IMG/VR virus record: IMGVR_UViG_3300045988_117858
Coordinates: 16,865 to 80,864 of that record
Length of the DNA stretch: 64,000 nt
Direction: 5' to 3' (one strand)
Origin: a virus
Position 1 is the stretch's first letter, and each line of letters starts with the position of its first letter. Positions 1 to 9,499 of this stretch are shown one piece after another. Under the pieces are notes generated by a model. It was not told where the DNA came from. It was given only the letters and a program-made list of their open reading frames with translations, and ran no database searches. The translations under genes were made by a program, and so were the position numbers.

Positions 1-50
1 AACTGTTAGAATTTTTTAATAAATCAGATGATAAAAAGAACGGTTCAAGT

Positions 51-299
51 TTGGAAAGTTATATTCAAGATAACATAAGAATGGATCTTATTGAACCATT
101 TTGTCCACATAAAGAAGCAGAAACGGTTGTTTGTGATTTACAGCCATTAGCAAAACAGTATATCTTGCAAGAAGCAAAAAAAGTTTTTGATGGTATTGCA
201 TGGGTAGATACTGAAGAAGAACTGGATAATGTGTATCATGAAAAAATCAAGAACTTATATGATACGGTTGATTTTTCAGAGTTTGTAGCGTATTTATAG
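51..299 (+). CDS. hypothetical protein (82 aa; TTG start, may begin upstream of window)
   Basis: Clean ORF followed by stem-loop terminator; start uncertain. Confidence 0.4.
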   Translation: MESYIQDNIRMDLIEPFCPHKEAETVVCDLQPLAKQYILQEAKKVFDGIAWVDTEEELDNVYHEKIKNLYDTVDFSEFVAYL

Positions 300-311
300 A
301 TTGAATATTAT

Positions 312-343
312 AGACAAGTCAAAACACGGCTTGTCTATTTTGT
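312..343 (+). terminator. intrinsic terminator hairpin AGACAAG-N11-CTTGTCT + T-run
   Basis: Perfect 7-bp stem followed by ATTTTGTT. Confidence 0.5.
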
Positions 344-394
344 TGAACCTATAAATGGAAATAAAGTCCCGTAAAGGGCTGGAGGAAGGATATT

Positions 395-646
395 ATGACA
401 AAATATAAAGTGATTTTTGGTTATTTCAGCGAACTTGTAACAGTTGACGAACCTACAACGGATTATGGTGCAATCTTAGATCTTGCGATCGATCAACTAG
501 AATCTGATGGAAATATGGGTGTATTCATTACAGATGAAGATATAGAACGTGATGGGATCACTGATGATGCATATATCACTGGTGGAAATCACGGACTCAA
601 CTTATATCATGGTGGTAACTTCATGATAGAAAGAGTTGACGAGTAA
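395..646 (+). CDS. hypothetical protein (83 aa)
   Basis: ORF with GGAGGAAGG RBS 8 nt upstream of ATG. Confidence 0.6.
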   Translation: MTKYKVIFGYFSELVTVDEPTTDYGAILDLAIDQLESDGNMGVFITDEDIERDGITDDAYITGGNHGLNLYHGGNFMIERVDE

Positions 647-663
647 AGAAAGAAGGAAGAACA

Positions 664-858
664 ATGGAAAATAAAGTACAACTACATAAACCACAACCGA
701 TAGACATAGCCGTTGCACTTGTAGGAATTGCAATGGCTATTATTGCGTTTATAAAGATACCGCAAGCCTTCATTTTAGAAGCATTATTGGTAATGATTAC
801 CGCTGTCTATATGCTTGCTTGCGTTGGATTTTTTGATGATGATACAGATACAGAATAA
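664..858 (+). CDS. small hydrophobic membrane protein (64 aa)
   Basis: ORF with AGAAGGAAG RBS; predicted TM helices; acidic C-terminus. Confidence 0.55.
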   Translation: MENKVQLHKPQPIDIAVALVGIAMAIIAFIKIPQAFILEALLVMITAVYMLACVGFFDDDTDTE

Positions 859-876
859 GAAAGAAGGTAAATGATT

Positions 877-1272
877 ATGAATTTTGAAAAATATAGAGAA
901 CTTGACACAATTAAATTGCATGGGATTTCTGCTGACATATTTCAAGAGAATGAACATGGAGAACTTATTGATCCTTTACGTGGAAAAGATGCAGACTGGT
1001 TAACGGGAAAATCTACATTAGCAAAAGCGGAAAATTTCAATTTTGAACAATTCGTTCTTAATGAAATCAATCAGCATTTTATTAACAATTTAGAAGCAAA
1101 AGATATTTGTATTTGTGGTAGTTGTTTTTCTTTTTGGAAACAAGAAGATGATGATGGTTTAGAAGATGATAATGGAAAATATTTTGTATCCTATGCCGTT
1201 AGTATCACAATTAATGGAAAATACATAGATGAAGAAGATTTATACGAACTATTTCCGAATTTTGAATATTAA
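877..1272 (+). CDS. hypothetical protein (~131 aa)
   Basis: Conserved junction motif GAAAGAAGGT upstream; second ATG (877) has the better spacing. Confidence 0.6.
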   Translation: MNFEKYRELDTIKLHGISADIFQENEHGELIDPLRGKDADWLTGKSTLAKAENFNFEQFVLNEINQHFINNLEAKDICICGSCFSFWKQEDDDGLEDDNGKYFVSYAVSITINGKYIDEEDLYELFPNFEY

Positions 1273-1291
1273 GAAAGAAGGTAAACACACA

Positions 1292-1900
1292 ATGAGAACA
1301 AAACAGAACAAAACAATCAAGATCTTATTAGTCGTAGCATTTATGTTTACGGCTTTTTTAATGATGGAAAATACTGTACACGCAAAGACAAAAAGAAGCA
1401 CGTACAGAACAATAAACGGCATTTATAACAGTGACGGCACAATTGACACGGCAGATGGTTATTGCTGGAAAGTTCGCAAGGAATCATATGCCTATCCAGG
1501 GACTACCGTTGTCACTGTAAAATTTAACACACACGGCACTAGAAACAAGCTTGATGATTCTATTGTAAAGATCACGGCAAAGAATAAGAATGTCCAACTT
1601 GTAAACGATTATATACGCAGAAATTATGACTTAAATGCCTATAAGGTAAAGTATATCAGCACTGGAAAACTAACGGATAAAATGATCCGTGAACGTGCCA
1701 CACGACATACAATTTATGTGGAAATTATCAAAAGTGTTTCTGCTGGAGGTAGACATGGAACGTATGGAAAAAACTACTATATTGCCTATAACAAACGTGT
1801 ACGCAAGGGAAAACACATAACAAGCTATTGTGTATGGAATCCTTGCAATAGTTATTGTGATGATGTAGAAGTCGTGGCAGATAATGGAAAAATCAGATAA
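1292..1900 (+). CDS. secreted protein with N-terminal signal peptide (~202 aa)
   Basis: RBS GAAAGAAGGT precedes ATG at 1292; N-terminus MRTKQNKTIKILLVVAFMFTAFLMMENTVHA is a signal peptide; Cys-containing mature part. Confidence 0.6.
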   Translation: MRTKQNKTIKILLVVAFMFTAFLMMENTVHAKTKRSTYRTINGIYNSDGTIDTADGYCWKVRKESYAYPGTTVVTVKFNTHGTRNKLDDSIVKITAKNKNVQLVNDYIRRNYDLNAYKVKYISTGKLTDKMIRERATRHTIYVEIIKSVSAGGRHGTYGKNYYIAYNKRVRKGKHITSYCVWNPCNSYCDDVEVVADNGKIR

Positions 1901-1917
1901 AAAGAAGGTTGGAAATT

Positions 1918-2151
1918 ATGACAACTGTTACTATTTACAGAAACAAAAGAAACGAGAACAAATATATAGAAGTCCATAACGATGGATATTATCACAACTC
2001 AGTAAAACAGTTTATGCAATGGAAGAAAGATCACAATTGGAATCAGCTTGCTAAACCTATCAGAAATGAAATGGGCGATCGAGTCTTACATAGATGGAAA
2101 AAAGCAAACTTGATGACGTTACTGGAAGATTATGAACTGATTACGGCTTAG
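1918..2151 (+). CDS. hypothetical protein (77 aa)
   Basis: Conserved junction AAAGAAGGTTGGAAATTATG; ATG at 1918 is the likely start rather than TTG 1909. Confidence 0.6.
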   Translation: MTTVTIYRNKRNENKYIEVHNDGYYHNSVKQFMQWKKDHNWNQLAKPIRNEMGDRVLHRWKKANLMTLLEDYELITA

Positions 2152-2169
2152 AAAGAAGGTATGGAAATT

Positions 2170-2481
2170 ATGAAAGATTATAGAACGATTATTGATAATG
2201 ATACAATAGAAATGTTTTGCACGACTTTAGATGATTACTTAGAAGATAGTTTTGAAGGCTGTATGTTAGATAACTATTTCTTTGATATTGGAAATAACAA
2301 TATGAGATGGGGCAGAGTTAAGCTAAGAAAGTACGTGATGATCTTAGAAAAGGGCTTGAATGAATGGTCAAGTGTCAACGAACTGTACATGACAGATAGC
2401 GAAAAGAAGTATAGAGAACTGTTAGATATGTACTATAAGGATCGTGAAGAGTATGAGAAAGAAAAACTGGAAACGGCATAG
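2170..2481 (+). CDS. hypothetical protein (103 aa)
   Basis: Conserved junction GAAAGAAGGTATGGAAATTATG; second ATG has proper SD spacing. Confidence 0.6.
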   Translation: MKDYRTIIDNDTIEMFCTTLDDYLEDSFEGCMLDNYFFDIGNNNMRWGRVKLRKYVMILEKGLNEWSSVNELYMTDSEKKYRELLDMYYKDREEYEKEKLETA

Positions 2482-2501
2482 AATAGGAGGTATGGAAGAT
2501 C

Positions 2502-2990
2502 ATGAGAACAGAAATCAAAGAAGCAAAAACATATTATATTTCAGATGATGGAATTTATTATACAGACAAATGGGATTGTATCCAGCATGAAAATTGGATC
2601 AAAGAAGATAATAGAAGAATAAATCTACAAGAACGCTGGAATAAATTGATTAACTCTTTACCAATGGAGCAAGGCGAATGTCCAGTATATCAAGAAGCAA
2701 GTACAGACTACAAATATACATATGTTACCATTAAAAATAAAAAAGAATTGGAAAAAATAAACGATATGTATACAATAGCAAGTCCATATCATCACAAGGT
2801 AGAGTATACGGGTAATTTCCCAATGATTTTAGTTATGGAAACAAATACGGAACTTTATATGGCTGATCTTGAAAAAAGTCATGTGAGATTATGTACATTA
2901 GACCATATTAAAAGTGAAACACTGTGGTATTGGAAAGAAATGGGATACGACATAACAATTACAAAGAAAGATAACCAGGAGGAACAATAG
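2502..2990 (+). CDS. hypothetical protein (162 aa)
   Basis: AGGAGGT RBS; clean ORF. Confidence 0.6.
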   Translation: MRTEIKEAKTYYISDDGIYYTDKWDCIQHENWIKEDNRRINLQERWNKLINSLPMEQGECPVYQEASTDYKYTYVTIKNKKELEKINDMYTIASPYHHKVEYTGNFPMILVMETNTELYMADLEKSHVRLCTLDHIKSETLWYWKEMGYDITITKKDNQEEQ

Positions 2991-2992
2991 AT

Positions 2993-3328
2993 ATGATTGG
3001 AAATAGATATGAATTGAAAAAAGATGAAGCAGAACTAAAAGAAATTGAAAATGATCTTGCAAAATATCTTAATGTGCCATTTGTAAAATGTAGCTACGAC
3101 AATGTAAATAGTCATAAGTATAAAGATAAGAATGAAATTGAATATAGAAATAAAGAAGCAATGGAAACTGGTTTATATGATATGTGTGATTACATTATTA
3201 ACTATGAAAAATACAATACGCTAGATGGCTATAAACAAAATAATGGCGGATACGATGGGGAGGTGTATGAATTGTTATATCTTAAGGGAAATGGAAATTA
3301 TATTGTGATTACCAATATCGCAGAATGA
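2993..3328 (+). CDS. hypothetical protein (111 aa)
   Basis: ORF starts 3 nt after previous stop; CCAGGAGG RBS lies within the upstream gene's end. Confidence 0.6.
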   Translation: MIGNRYELKKDEAELKEIENDLAKYLNVPFVKCSYDNVNSHKYKDKNEIEYRNKEAMETGLYDMCDYIINYEKYNTLDGYKQNNGGYDGEVYELLYLKGNGNYIVITNIAE

Positions 3329-3358
3329 TTTATAAGAAAACAAAGGAGTGTATATCAA

Positions 3359-3631
3359 ATGGAAATTTTAAAGATGACAAGAACAAACATGGTAGTGATT
3401 CAGACAGTAGAAAAGGAACAACAAAACACTTTTGATATTGGAAAAATCAAAGTCGCAGCCTTGCCACCGATCGCAAAGAAAGATCTTATCGCAGAACTTA
3501 AAAGCAAAGACTTCTGCGATGGAATGATCCATACGGCTATGCAATGTAGGTTGGAAGATCTGAACGGCTACGTGAACGTGTGGAAGTATGTAGCGTATAT
3601 CTTAGCGGTAGAATTGATGGAAAGATTATAA
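3359..3631 (+). CDS. hypothetical protein (90 aa)
   Basis: AAAGGAGTG RBS; clean ORF. Confidence 0.55.
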   Translation: MEILKMTRTNMVVIQTVEKEQQNTFDIGKIKVAALPPIAKKDLIAELKSKDFCDGMIHTAMQCRLEDLNGYVNVWKYVAYILAVELMERL

Positions 3632-3646
3632 AAGGGAGCTGGAAAT

Positions 3647-3766
3647 ATGGAAACTTCTTTTAAATTTGTAGATAGTGTAGGCAATATTTATTGGTATAAA
3701 TTTAATTCAGTTGACGAAGCTCGTCATTTTGCATATGTTCATGGCTTATGTTTCTTAGGTAGTTAG
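3647..3766 (+). CDS. small hypothetical protein (39 aa)
   Basis: AAGGGAGCTGG RBS 6 nt upstream; short ORF not in the supplied track. Confidence 0.3.
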   Translation: METSFKFVDSVGNIYWYKFNSVDEARHFAYVHGLCFLGS

Positions 3767-3793
3767 CAATGGCATAGAAGGAAGGTGGAAATT

Positions 3794-3970
3794 ATGATAA
3801 CAAGAAATACATATCCCGATGGTAGAACGGAAATTTTCTGTAACACGCCTGATGAGTATAACGACTTATGCTGTGAGTACGATCTTGAAGATTGCGGTAA
3901 CAGTGGAAAATACGTTGGATTTAGTTGGTCGCACGATGATAAGAACAATGTAGATGTCTATTATAAGTAG
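3794..3970 (+). CDS. hypothetical protein (58 aa)
   Basis: Junction motif GAAGGAAGGTGGAAATTATG; Cys-rich small protein. Confidence 0.5.
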   Translation: MITRNTYPDGRTEIFCNTPDEYNDLCCEYDLEDCGNSGKYVGFSWSHDDKNNVDVYYK

Positions 3971-3986
3971 AAAGTAGGTGGAAAGA

Positions 3987-4241
3987 ATGAGTCGCAGAAC
4001 GACAATGACAGCATTAGCGTGCCACGTAGAACGAAAGTATAATACTTTATACTTCACAGAAAATCCTCCGAACGCTGGAATTGATGATAGCTTGCATGGA
4101 TATAGATATTTCTTATTATATAAGAATACGTTCGGAATTTTTCGGAAATATAGAACGCAAGAAGAAGCAATTAACGGCATGACGGAAATTTTAAGAGAAG
4201 ATCCAACTAATCTATTCAATTTCTCTATGTGTCGTGCATAG
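3987..4241 (+). CDS. hypothetical protein (84 aa)
   Basis: Junction motif AAAGTAGGTGGAAAGAATG. Confidence 0.5.
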   Translation: MSRRTTMTALACHVERKYNTLYFTENPPNAGIDDSLHGYRYFLLYKNTFGIFRKYRTQEEAINGMTEILREDPTNLFNFSMCRA

Positions 4242-4428
4242 CTTATTACATAGCCAATTAAAGGCTTTTACTGTCTGTAATGAAGCAGACTACACCTTAA
4301 CGGAAATACTGGACTATTGAAGCTAATAGTTACTTTAAATGAACGGAATGACTGTACTACTGATTGCTAGTAGTGACGTATTGGAACGGAAAAACGGTGG
4401 CGTATGGTAGATAAAAGAGTGCTTTTAT

Positions 4429-4449
4429 CGGGCGGTTTAATTCCGCCCT
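4429..4449 (+). other. GC-rich hairpin (GGGCGG-tttaatt-CCGCCC) in a 290-nt non-coding region
   Basis: 6-bp G/C stem is unusual in this AT-rich genome; lies between genes 3987-4241 and 4539-5258. Confidence 0.35.
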
Positions 4450-4455
4450 CGCTAC

Positions 4456-4484
4456 TTTTCACGATGGAAATTATCGTGTATAAT
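4456..4484 (+). promoter_or_regulatory. putative sigma-A promoter (TTTTCA-17nt-TGTATAAT)
   Basis: Near-consensus -10 with upstream TG; 17-nt spacing; about 55 nt upstream of the 4539 gene. Confidence 0.4.
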
Positions 4485-4538
4485 ATAAGAGAACAGTTAA
4501 TATTTTAAAGTCCTAAATAGGCAGAAAGGTTGGAAATT

Positions 4539-5258
4539 ATGTACGAATTTAAAGAAATGATCTTGCCAGAACATTTTAACCATGCTTCATACGCTGGATT
4601 TTGCGTGAAGCCTGGAATGTTTTATGGAGTAGAAAAAGAAAGTGGAAAATTAGTTGCTACAACGGGCTGGAATATAAATGGATCAACAAACATTTACATA
4701 CAGCATGAACCAAAATCAAAATGGAATAACGACTTATGGGAAGATCTTTATGATGATTATGGAAAACCTTTGATCACAATTGAAAAAAATGACTTGCAAC
4801 GAATTAGTAGCAAGGTAAAAGAATTCCAGAGAACAGCAATGGATTTTGAAACGTGGGCAAATGTAAACGGATATACCGACGAATACTATGAAGATCTCAT
4901 TAGAGAAGAAATGGATCAGATAGAATCAGCTTATGAATGGTATTACTTTATGGAATATCCAGAATTTGTGATCCAGCTTTTAAAAGAACTCTGGGCTATG
5001 GAAAAAAATGTTGAAATTTTAATGGAAGATGGCTGTACTAGAAAAGAAGCAGAAAAGCATTTAAACAATGGCACAGTTGTTTATACATTAGAAGATTTTA
5101 CAGAAAATTTTGAATTTATGAAAAATTTTCATGAAGATGCAGATGAAATTGAAGCAGATAAGAAAATTAAGAAGATGTTGGAAACAAAAATTCCAATGGA
5201 TGGGTATAGTTTTGTAAAGTACGATGGAAAAGAATGGTTAATTAGTTATTGTTTATAG
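4539..5258 (+). CDS. hypothetical protein (239 aa)
   Basis: Junction motif AAAGGTTGGAAATTATG; clean ORF. Confidence 0.65.
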   Translation: MYEFKEMILPEHFNHASYAGFCVKPGMFYGVEKESGKLVATTGWNINGSTNIYIQHEPKSKWNNDLWEDLYDDYGKPLITIEKNDLQRISSKVKEFQRTAMDFETWANVNGYTDEYYEDLIREEMDQIESAYEWYYFMEYPEFVIQLLKELWAMEKNVEILMEDGCTRKEAEKHLNNGTVVYTLEDFTENFEFMKNFHEDADEIEADKKIKKMLETKIPMDGYSFVKYDGKEWLISYCL

Positions 5259-5276
5259 AATAAGGTGGTGGAAATT

Positions 5277-5615
5277 ATGAAATCATATAAAGAGTACGAT
5301 AGAGAATTTATTGGGGATAGTGATATTGCGGCTTTAATTTTTGTAGGCACAACAAAAGACGGATTGAAGGCGAATATCTTAAATTTTGGTTGTGATGGAA
5401 GATATAATGCTTATATTGTGGATGAGAACGCAAAGATCGGAGATCACTATACATTAGAGATGGAATTTGAAACATCATCAGGATTCAGGGCATGGCTCAA
5501 AATCTATGACGATGTAGGATTGATGGCAGATTACAAGGCAGACAAAATTAGAGTATATCGTGCTGGAGATTTTGGTTGCATTATTCAGCTTATCGGAAAG
5601 AAAGAATGTGAATAA
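5277..5615 (+). CDS. hypothetical protein (112 aa)
   Basis: Junction motif AAGGTGGTGGAAATTATG. Confidence 0.6.
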   Translation: MKSYKEYDREFIGDSDIAALIFVGTTKDGLKANILNFGCDGRYNAYIVDENAKIGDHYTLEMEFETSSGFRAWLKIYDDVGLMADYKADKIRVYRAGDFGCIIQLIGKKECE

Positions 5616-5629
5616 GGATGGTGGAAAAT

Positions 5630-6073
5630 ATGCTTAGATATAAAGATTATTACCATGCAATTACAAAAACAGATCACGGATTAGATATTGACGTAAACAA
5701 ATGTAATAATACTTGCAATCATCATTCTTATATAGATTGTAGTAGTTGCGATTGCAAAGATGGATGCTTTGGAAAATCGTTTGCCAAAGACACTTTAAAT
5801 GAATTCAAGAAACATCATTTTACATGGAAAGATATCGTACAAGTCAATGGAAAATTATATGAAGAAGAGTTCATGATTAGTGGTTTGATGGATGATAAAA
5901 ATACATATCAGATTGATGATTTTTTAGAAGCTGTAGCAAAGAAGTATGATGTTAGTCCGAAGGATATTAAGACATATACAATGGATAATATACCATTAAA
6001 TCCAACGGAAATTATTCTTGCCGGAGATTGTGGTTGCTATATTGACGGAACGCCTGAATGGTGTGTAGACTAG
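5630..6073 (+). CDS. Cys-rich hypothetical protein (147 aa)
   Basis: Junction motif GGATGGTGGAAAATATG; CNNTCNHHSYIDCSSCDCKDGC cluster suggests metal binding. Confidence 0.6.
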   Translation: MLRYKDYYHAITKTDHGLDIDVNKCNNTCNHHSYIDCSSCDCKDGCFGKSFAKDTLNEFKKHHFTWKDIVQVNGKLYEEEFMISGLMDDKNTYQIDDFLEAVAKKYDVSPKDIKTYTMDNIPLNPTEIILAGDCGCYIDGTPEWCVD

Positions 6074-6103
6074 CGGAAAATTAAATAAGAACAAAGTAAT
6101 CTA

Positions 6104-6133
6104 GGAAGATGCAGAAATGTATCTTCCTTTTTT
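6104..6133 (+). terminator. intrinsic terminator GGAAGAT-N10-ATCTTCC + TTTTTT
   Basis: 7-bp stem followed by T6. Confidence 0.55.
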
Positions 6134-6159
6134 AATGGAAAGAAATGAGGTAAGAACGA

Positions 6160-6447
6160 ATGAAAATTAGCAGAGAAGAGTATGAAAGATTAGACTTTGA
6201 AGATTTTGTGGAAAAATTAAAACCACAATACAGCACATTATGTAGTTTAGAAGATATGAAGAACGCTTGCGTTCAGGCGGTAAACGTAATGGAAGTTAGT
6301 CTTGCGATCCATATATTGGAACCGATTGAAGAATACGGTGTATGGTATTACGACTACGATCGAGAAAAGGGTATGCAGTATGTACCGCAGCCATTATCAC
6401 AAAAAGAGGATCTTGTGAAGGCTGGATACTTAGAATTAGTCGGATAA
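6160..6447 (+). CDS. hypothetical protein (95 aa)
   Basis: GAGGT RBS; clean ORF. Confidence 0.6.
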   Translation: MKISREEYERLDFEDFVEKLKPQYSTLCSLEDMKNACVQAVNVMEVSLAIHILEPIEEYGVWYYDYDREKGMQYVPQPLSQKEDLVKAGYLELVG

Positions 6448-6483
6448 TAAAATGCAGATTTAACGGAAAGTGAGAAATAGATT

Positions 6484-6816
6484 ATGTTAGATTTTACAAA
6501 AATTACATTTAACGAATTGGATGTTACAGATAAACCTTGTCAGGTATTTTATGGTTACGAGTTAGATCAAAACGGAATTGATGATTTACTAAGAATATAT
6601 GCAGATGATAAAGATATTCCAGAAGATGCTATTGTTCAAAATATTGAACTGTGCCTGACGTTTTATTCAAGACATGATTGTAAATTAGAAGCATGTTGTA
6701 CAGATATAAACAATAAGCAATATTGGATTGAATTGAGTTTTAGACTTACAAATTGTGATGAATTTATTGAGATAATACCTGAATGTGAAAGAATAAAAAT
6801 CAAAAAGAGCTTATAG
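6484..6816 (+). CDS. hypothetical protein (110 aa)
   Basis: Clean ORF. Confidence 0.55.
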   Translation: MLDFTKITFNELDVTDKPCQVFYGYELDQNGIDDLLRIYADDKDIPEDAIVQNIELCLTFYSRHDCKLEACCTDINNKQYWIELSFRLTNCDEFIEIIPECERIKIKKSL

Positions 6817-6836
6817 AAAGATATGAGGTGGAAATT

Positions 6837-7196
6837 ATGAACAATAGTTCATGTACAGATACATTATTTGATTTAGACAAGCACATTTTGTCAAAGTTTG
6901 TTGATAAAAATAGTTTTGAGTTTGATTCAAAATTATTAAAATCTCTCTTTGGAAAAACTTTTAAAACCAAAAAATTTGATACAGAAATGAGAAAGATATT
7001 TAAACAAAAATCATCTTTAAAATTGTGGTTTGAGAGAAAAACACAGACTAGATGGAATACAGAACAAGGGAAATATAGTAAGTGTGATTATGTATGTTGC
7101 CCTTCATCTCGTAAAACAATGTTTTATTTTTGTCTGATTTTAGAAGAAGATGGAGAAAATACAACTATTAAAAATGGATTTCTGAGTGCAGTTTAG
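6837..7196 (+). CDS. hypothetical protein (119 aa)
   Basis: Junction motif GAGGTGGAAATTATG. Confidence 0.55.
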   Translation: MNNSSCTDTLFDLDKHILSKFVDKNSFEFDSKLLKSLFGKTFKTKKFDTEMRKIFKQKSSLKLWFERKTQTRWNTEQGKYSKCDYVCCPSSRKTMFYFCLILEEDGENTTIKNGFLSAV

Positions 7197-7215
7197 AAGA
7201 ATAGGAGTGAACATT

Positions 7216-7410
7216 ATGAATACAGAAACAAGGCAGGAAATTATCGGAATCGTTATGTGTCACGGAAAGAATGATTATGGATACTGGGAAGGATTTTCCT
7301 TGACAGAGGAAGAGGAAGAACAGATTTATGAAATCCTGATGCGGCATGATACGGAAGGATGCTCAATCAGAGGAACAAGAAACGACGTTGCCAATGAGAT
7401 TAGGGAATAG
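7216..7410 (+). CDS. hypothetical protein (64 aa)
   Basis: ATAGGAGTG RBS precedes the internal ATG at 7216. Confidence 0.5.
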   Translation: MNTETRQEIIGIVMCHGKNDYGYWEGFSLTEEEEEQIYEILMRHDTEGCSIRGTRNDVANEIRE

Positions 7411-7424
7411 GAGAGTGATTATTT

Positions 7425-7958
7425 ATGGAAAATGAAACAAGATTAATTGCGTTATCTGATAGTCCTGGAATGGATGGGGAACTTGTAATTCTTAGAACAA
7501 ACGCACCCGTGGAAAGATTAAAAGTATTAGAAGTGGAAAGCTGTAAGGCATATACAAATGATACCGATGTTCCAGTTTGGGCAGGTGTATTGGAAAAAGA
7601 AGGTTATATATGCGATATTGTAGATTCGCATAGTCATGTAACACCATACGAAACGTCTTTTGTATGGAAAGCAAAGTGTTATCCTTATATTACAGAATGT
7701 TATGACATTGATAATGTTATAAGTCTTATTGGCGGATCAGAAGAAGAGAGAATTGCAAATATTTTATTTAATATGTCTTTAGATATGGATTATGATAGCT
7801 CTGTTGATGACTACAGAAAGGATATGGAAATGTTGACTGAAAGCGTTGGAAAATTATCTAAGACAGATGATCCGCTGTATTATGTGTTACACAATATCGC
7901 AGACAACAATGCGGAAATGGAAAATAAACTTGTCAACGCAGATGGATCTATTAATTAA
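7425..7958 (+). CDS. hypothetical protein (177 aa)
   Basis: GGAGAG RBS; clean ORF. Confidence 0.6.
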   Translation: MENETRLIALSDSPGMDGELVILRTNAPVERLKVLEVESCKAYTNDTDVPVWAGVLEKEGYICDIVDSHSHVTPYETSFVWKAKCYPYITECYDIDNVISLIGGSEEERIANILFNMSLDMDYDSSVDDYRKDMEMLTESVGKLSKTDDPLYYVLHNIADNNAEMENKLVNADGSIN

Positions 7959-7997
7959 TCAAATGTCAATTTTATTGTAGGAAGGATAGAAATAATC

Positions 7998-8339
7998 ATG
8001 AGAGTTTTAGTAGAATCAAATTATGGAACAACGACCAAACCAGATGGTCTTGGTGTAGTATGTAAATTGGTATGCAGCCCAGACTCAAAAAGAAATTTTT
8101 ATTGGTATGGAAATGATATGGAATTAAATAGTAGCTTAGGTCCCGACATCCGACAATGTGGAACACGAGAAGAATTGTTGGAAAAATTAAATAGACGAAA
8201 GAAAAATTATGAAATACGATTACAAAATCTTTCTTCTGATTTATTTCTTAATCAAAAAGGCAAAGTGCTCTTTGAGAACTGTCTTAAGCAAGATATTTTT
8301 ATGTATAAGACTTTTATTGAAGCACTAGAAAAACAATAG
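7998..8339 (+). CDS. hypothetical protein (113 aa)
   Basis: GGAAGGATAG RBS. Confidence 0.55.
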   Translation: MRVLVESNYGTTTKPDGLGVVCKLVCSPDSKRNFYWYGNDMELNSSLGPDIRQCGTREELLEKLNRRKKNYEIRLQNLSSDLFLNQKGKVLFENCLKQDIFMYKTFIEALEKQ

Positions 8340-8356
8340 GAAGGATGGAAATTTAC

Positions 8357-8551
8357 ATGAAAAAATATATAATAGATGTTGTAGAAACATATAAGAGATC
8401 AGTTGAAATTAAAGCAGAAACAGAGGATGAAGCAAGAAATATTGTAGCGGAAAAGATTAATACAGGAGATATTGATATTCCTTGTGATGGCGGTGGTTAC
8501 GACTATGAGTACGAGTTATTTGCAAGTGAGGTAGAGGAAAGCGAAGTGTAA
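8357..8551 (+). CDS. hypothetical acidic protein (64 aa)
   Basis: Junction motif GGAAGGATGGAAATTTACATG. Confidence 0.5.
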   Translation: MKKYIIDVVETYKRSVEIKAETEDEARNIVAEKINTGDIDIPCDGGGYDYEYELFASEVEESEV

Positions 8552-8658
8552 TTTTTATGGACTGTTTACTACAGTCAGAGAAGATGATGATATATACATA
8601 TTAGTTGAGATACAAGACAAACAAAAAACTTAAAGAACAGAGCAAAGGAGAGTAAATT

Positions 8659-8829
8659 ATGCCATTGGTTTTATTATTAATAATTATATTTATCGTTCCA
8701 GAGGACACTTTGGAATATATGTTAGGAGCTATTTTAGGTGGTGGTTATGGAATTTTAATGGTTATAGCATTTGTTGCTATTCTGTATGGGATTTATAAGT
8801 TCTTTTCCGATCTTTGGAATGGAAGATAG
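8659..8829 (+). CDS. small two-TM membrane protein (56 aa)
   Basis: AAAGGAGAG RBS; hydrophobic sequence; not in supplied ORF track. Confidence 0.35.
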   Translation: MPLVLLLIIIFIVPEDTLEYMLGAILGGGYGILMVIAFVAILYGIYKFFSDLWNGR

Positions 8830-8875
8830 AATGGAAAATATTATTTGATAAAGCAGATTATATATGGAAGGAGTT

Positions 8876-9403
8876 ATGAATATGAATAAATTCAAGCATT
8901 ATGGGAAAGATGTATGGGTTCAGACATTTACAGAAATAAACTGGGTAGATGGACTAAAGAAAAACGGATTAGAATATGTAGCACTTCCAGATCTTGAACA
9001 TGAAGTATATAAATATGTTAAGAATGGAAAAGAGAGGTATGCTCTAATTCATTATCCTGATGTACCTGAAGAAGCTTTACAAGAAGTATACATAATAGAA
9101 AAGATTCCTGATGATCTTAGCTGGGATAACATAATAGAAGATTATAGACAGCAAAGTAGAGGATATGATCCGATGAAGCTGCCAACACGAGCTAGACTAC
9201 TATATGATGAAGCATTTCACAGAGCTTATGAATGGGAAAAAGAAGATAATCCAGACTTCGCTAAAAATTTTTGGCATAGACCTGCGGGATATGTTGATCC
9301 CGAACAATTCAAATTGGCTATTATGTCATTAGGAACTAGCATTGAAGAACTAAGGGAAATGGATCATTCCGATACGCCAGAAATTGATGAACTAGAATTA
9401 TAG
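8876..9403 (+). CDS. hypothetical protein (175 aa)
   Basis: GGAAGGAG RBS precedes ATG 8876. Confidence 0.6.
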   Translation: MNMNKFKHYGKDVWVQTFTEINWVDGLKKNGLEYVALPDLEHEVYKYVKNGKERYALIHYPDVPEEALQEVYIIEKIPDDLSWDNIIEDYRQQSRGYDPMKLPTRARLLYDEAFHRAYEWEKEDNPDFAKNFWHRPAGYVDPEQFKLAIMSLGTSIEELREMDHSDTPEIDELEL

Positions 9404-9499
9404 TGAATACAAATTAATATAGGTAACTAGGATACTTATGGAAAATTCCAGAGTGTCTTTTTTTATACAAATTTTTACATAAGAAAGGTGGAATTAATT

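Noticed and set aside
3763-4219. Minus-strand ORFs 3763-3948 and 3866-4219 (and similar antisense ORFs at 7492-7674, 11747-11941, 12215-12412, 13274-13471, 15904-16317, 16539-16787, 17009-17476, 18020-18334, 22276-22536, 30360-30851, 32236-32562, 54305-54643, 59831-60160 etc.)
   Set aside because: All lie antisense within well-supported + strand genes, lack RBSs, and have low-complexity, hydrophobic or A/T-codon-biased translations typical of spurious ORFs in AT-rich DNA.
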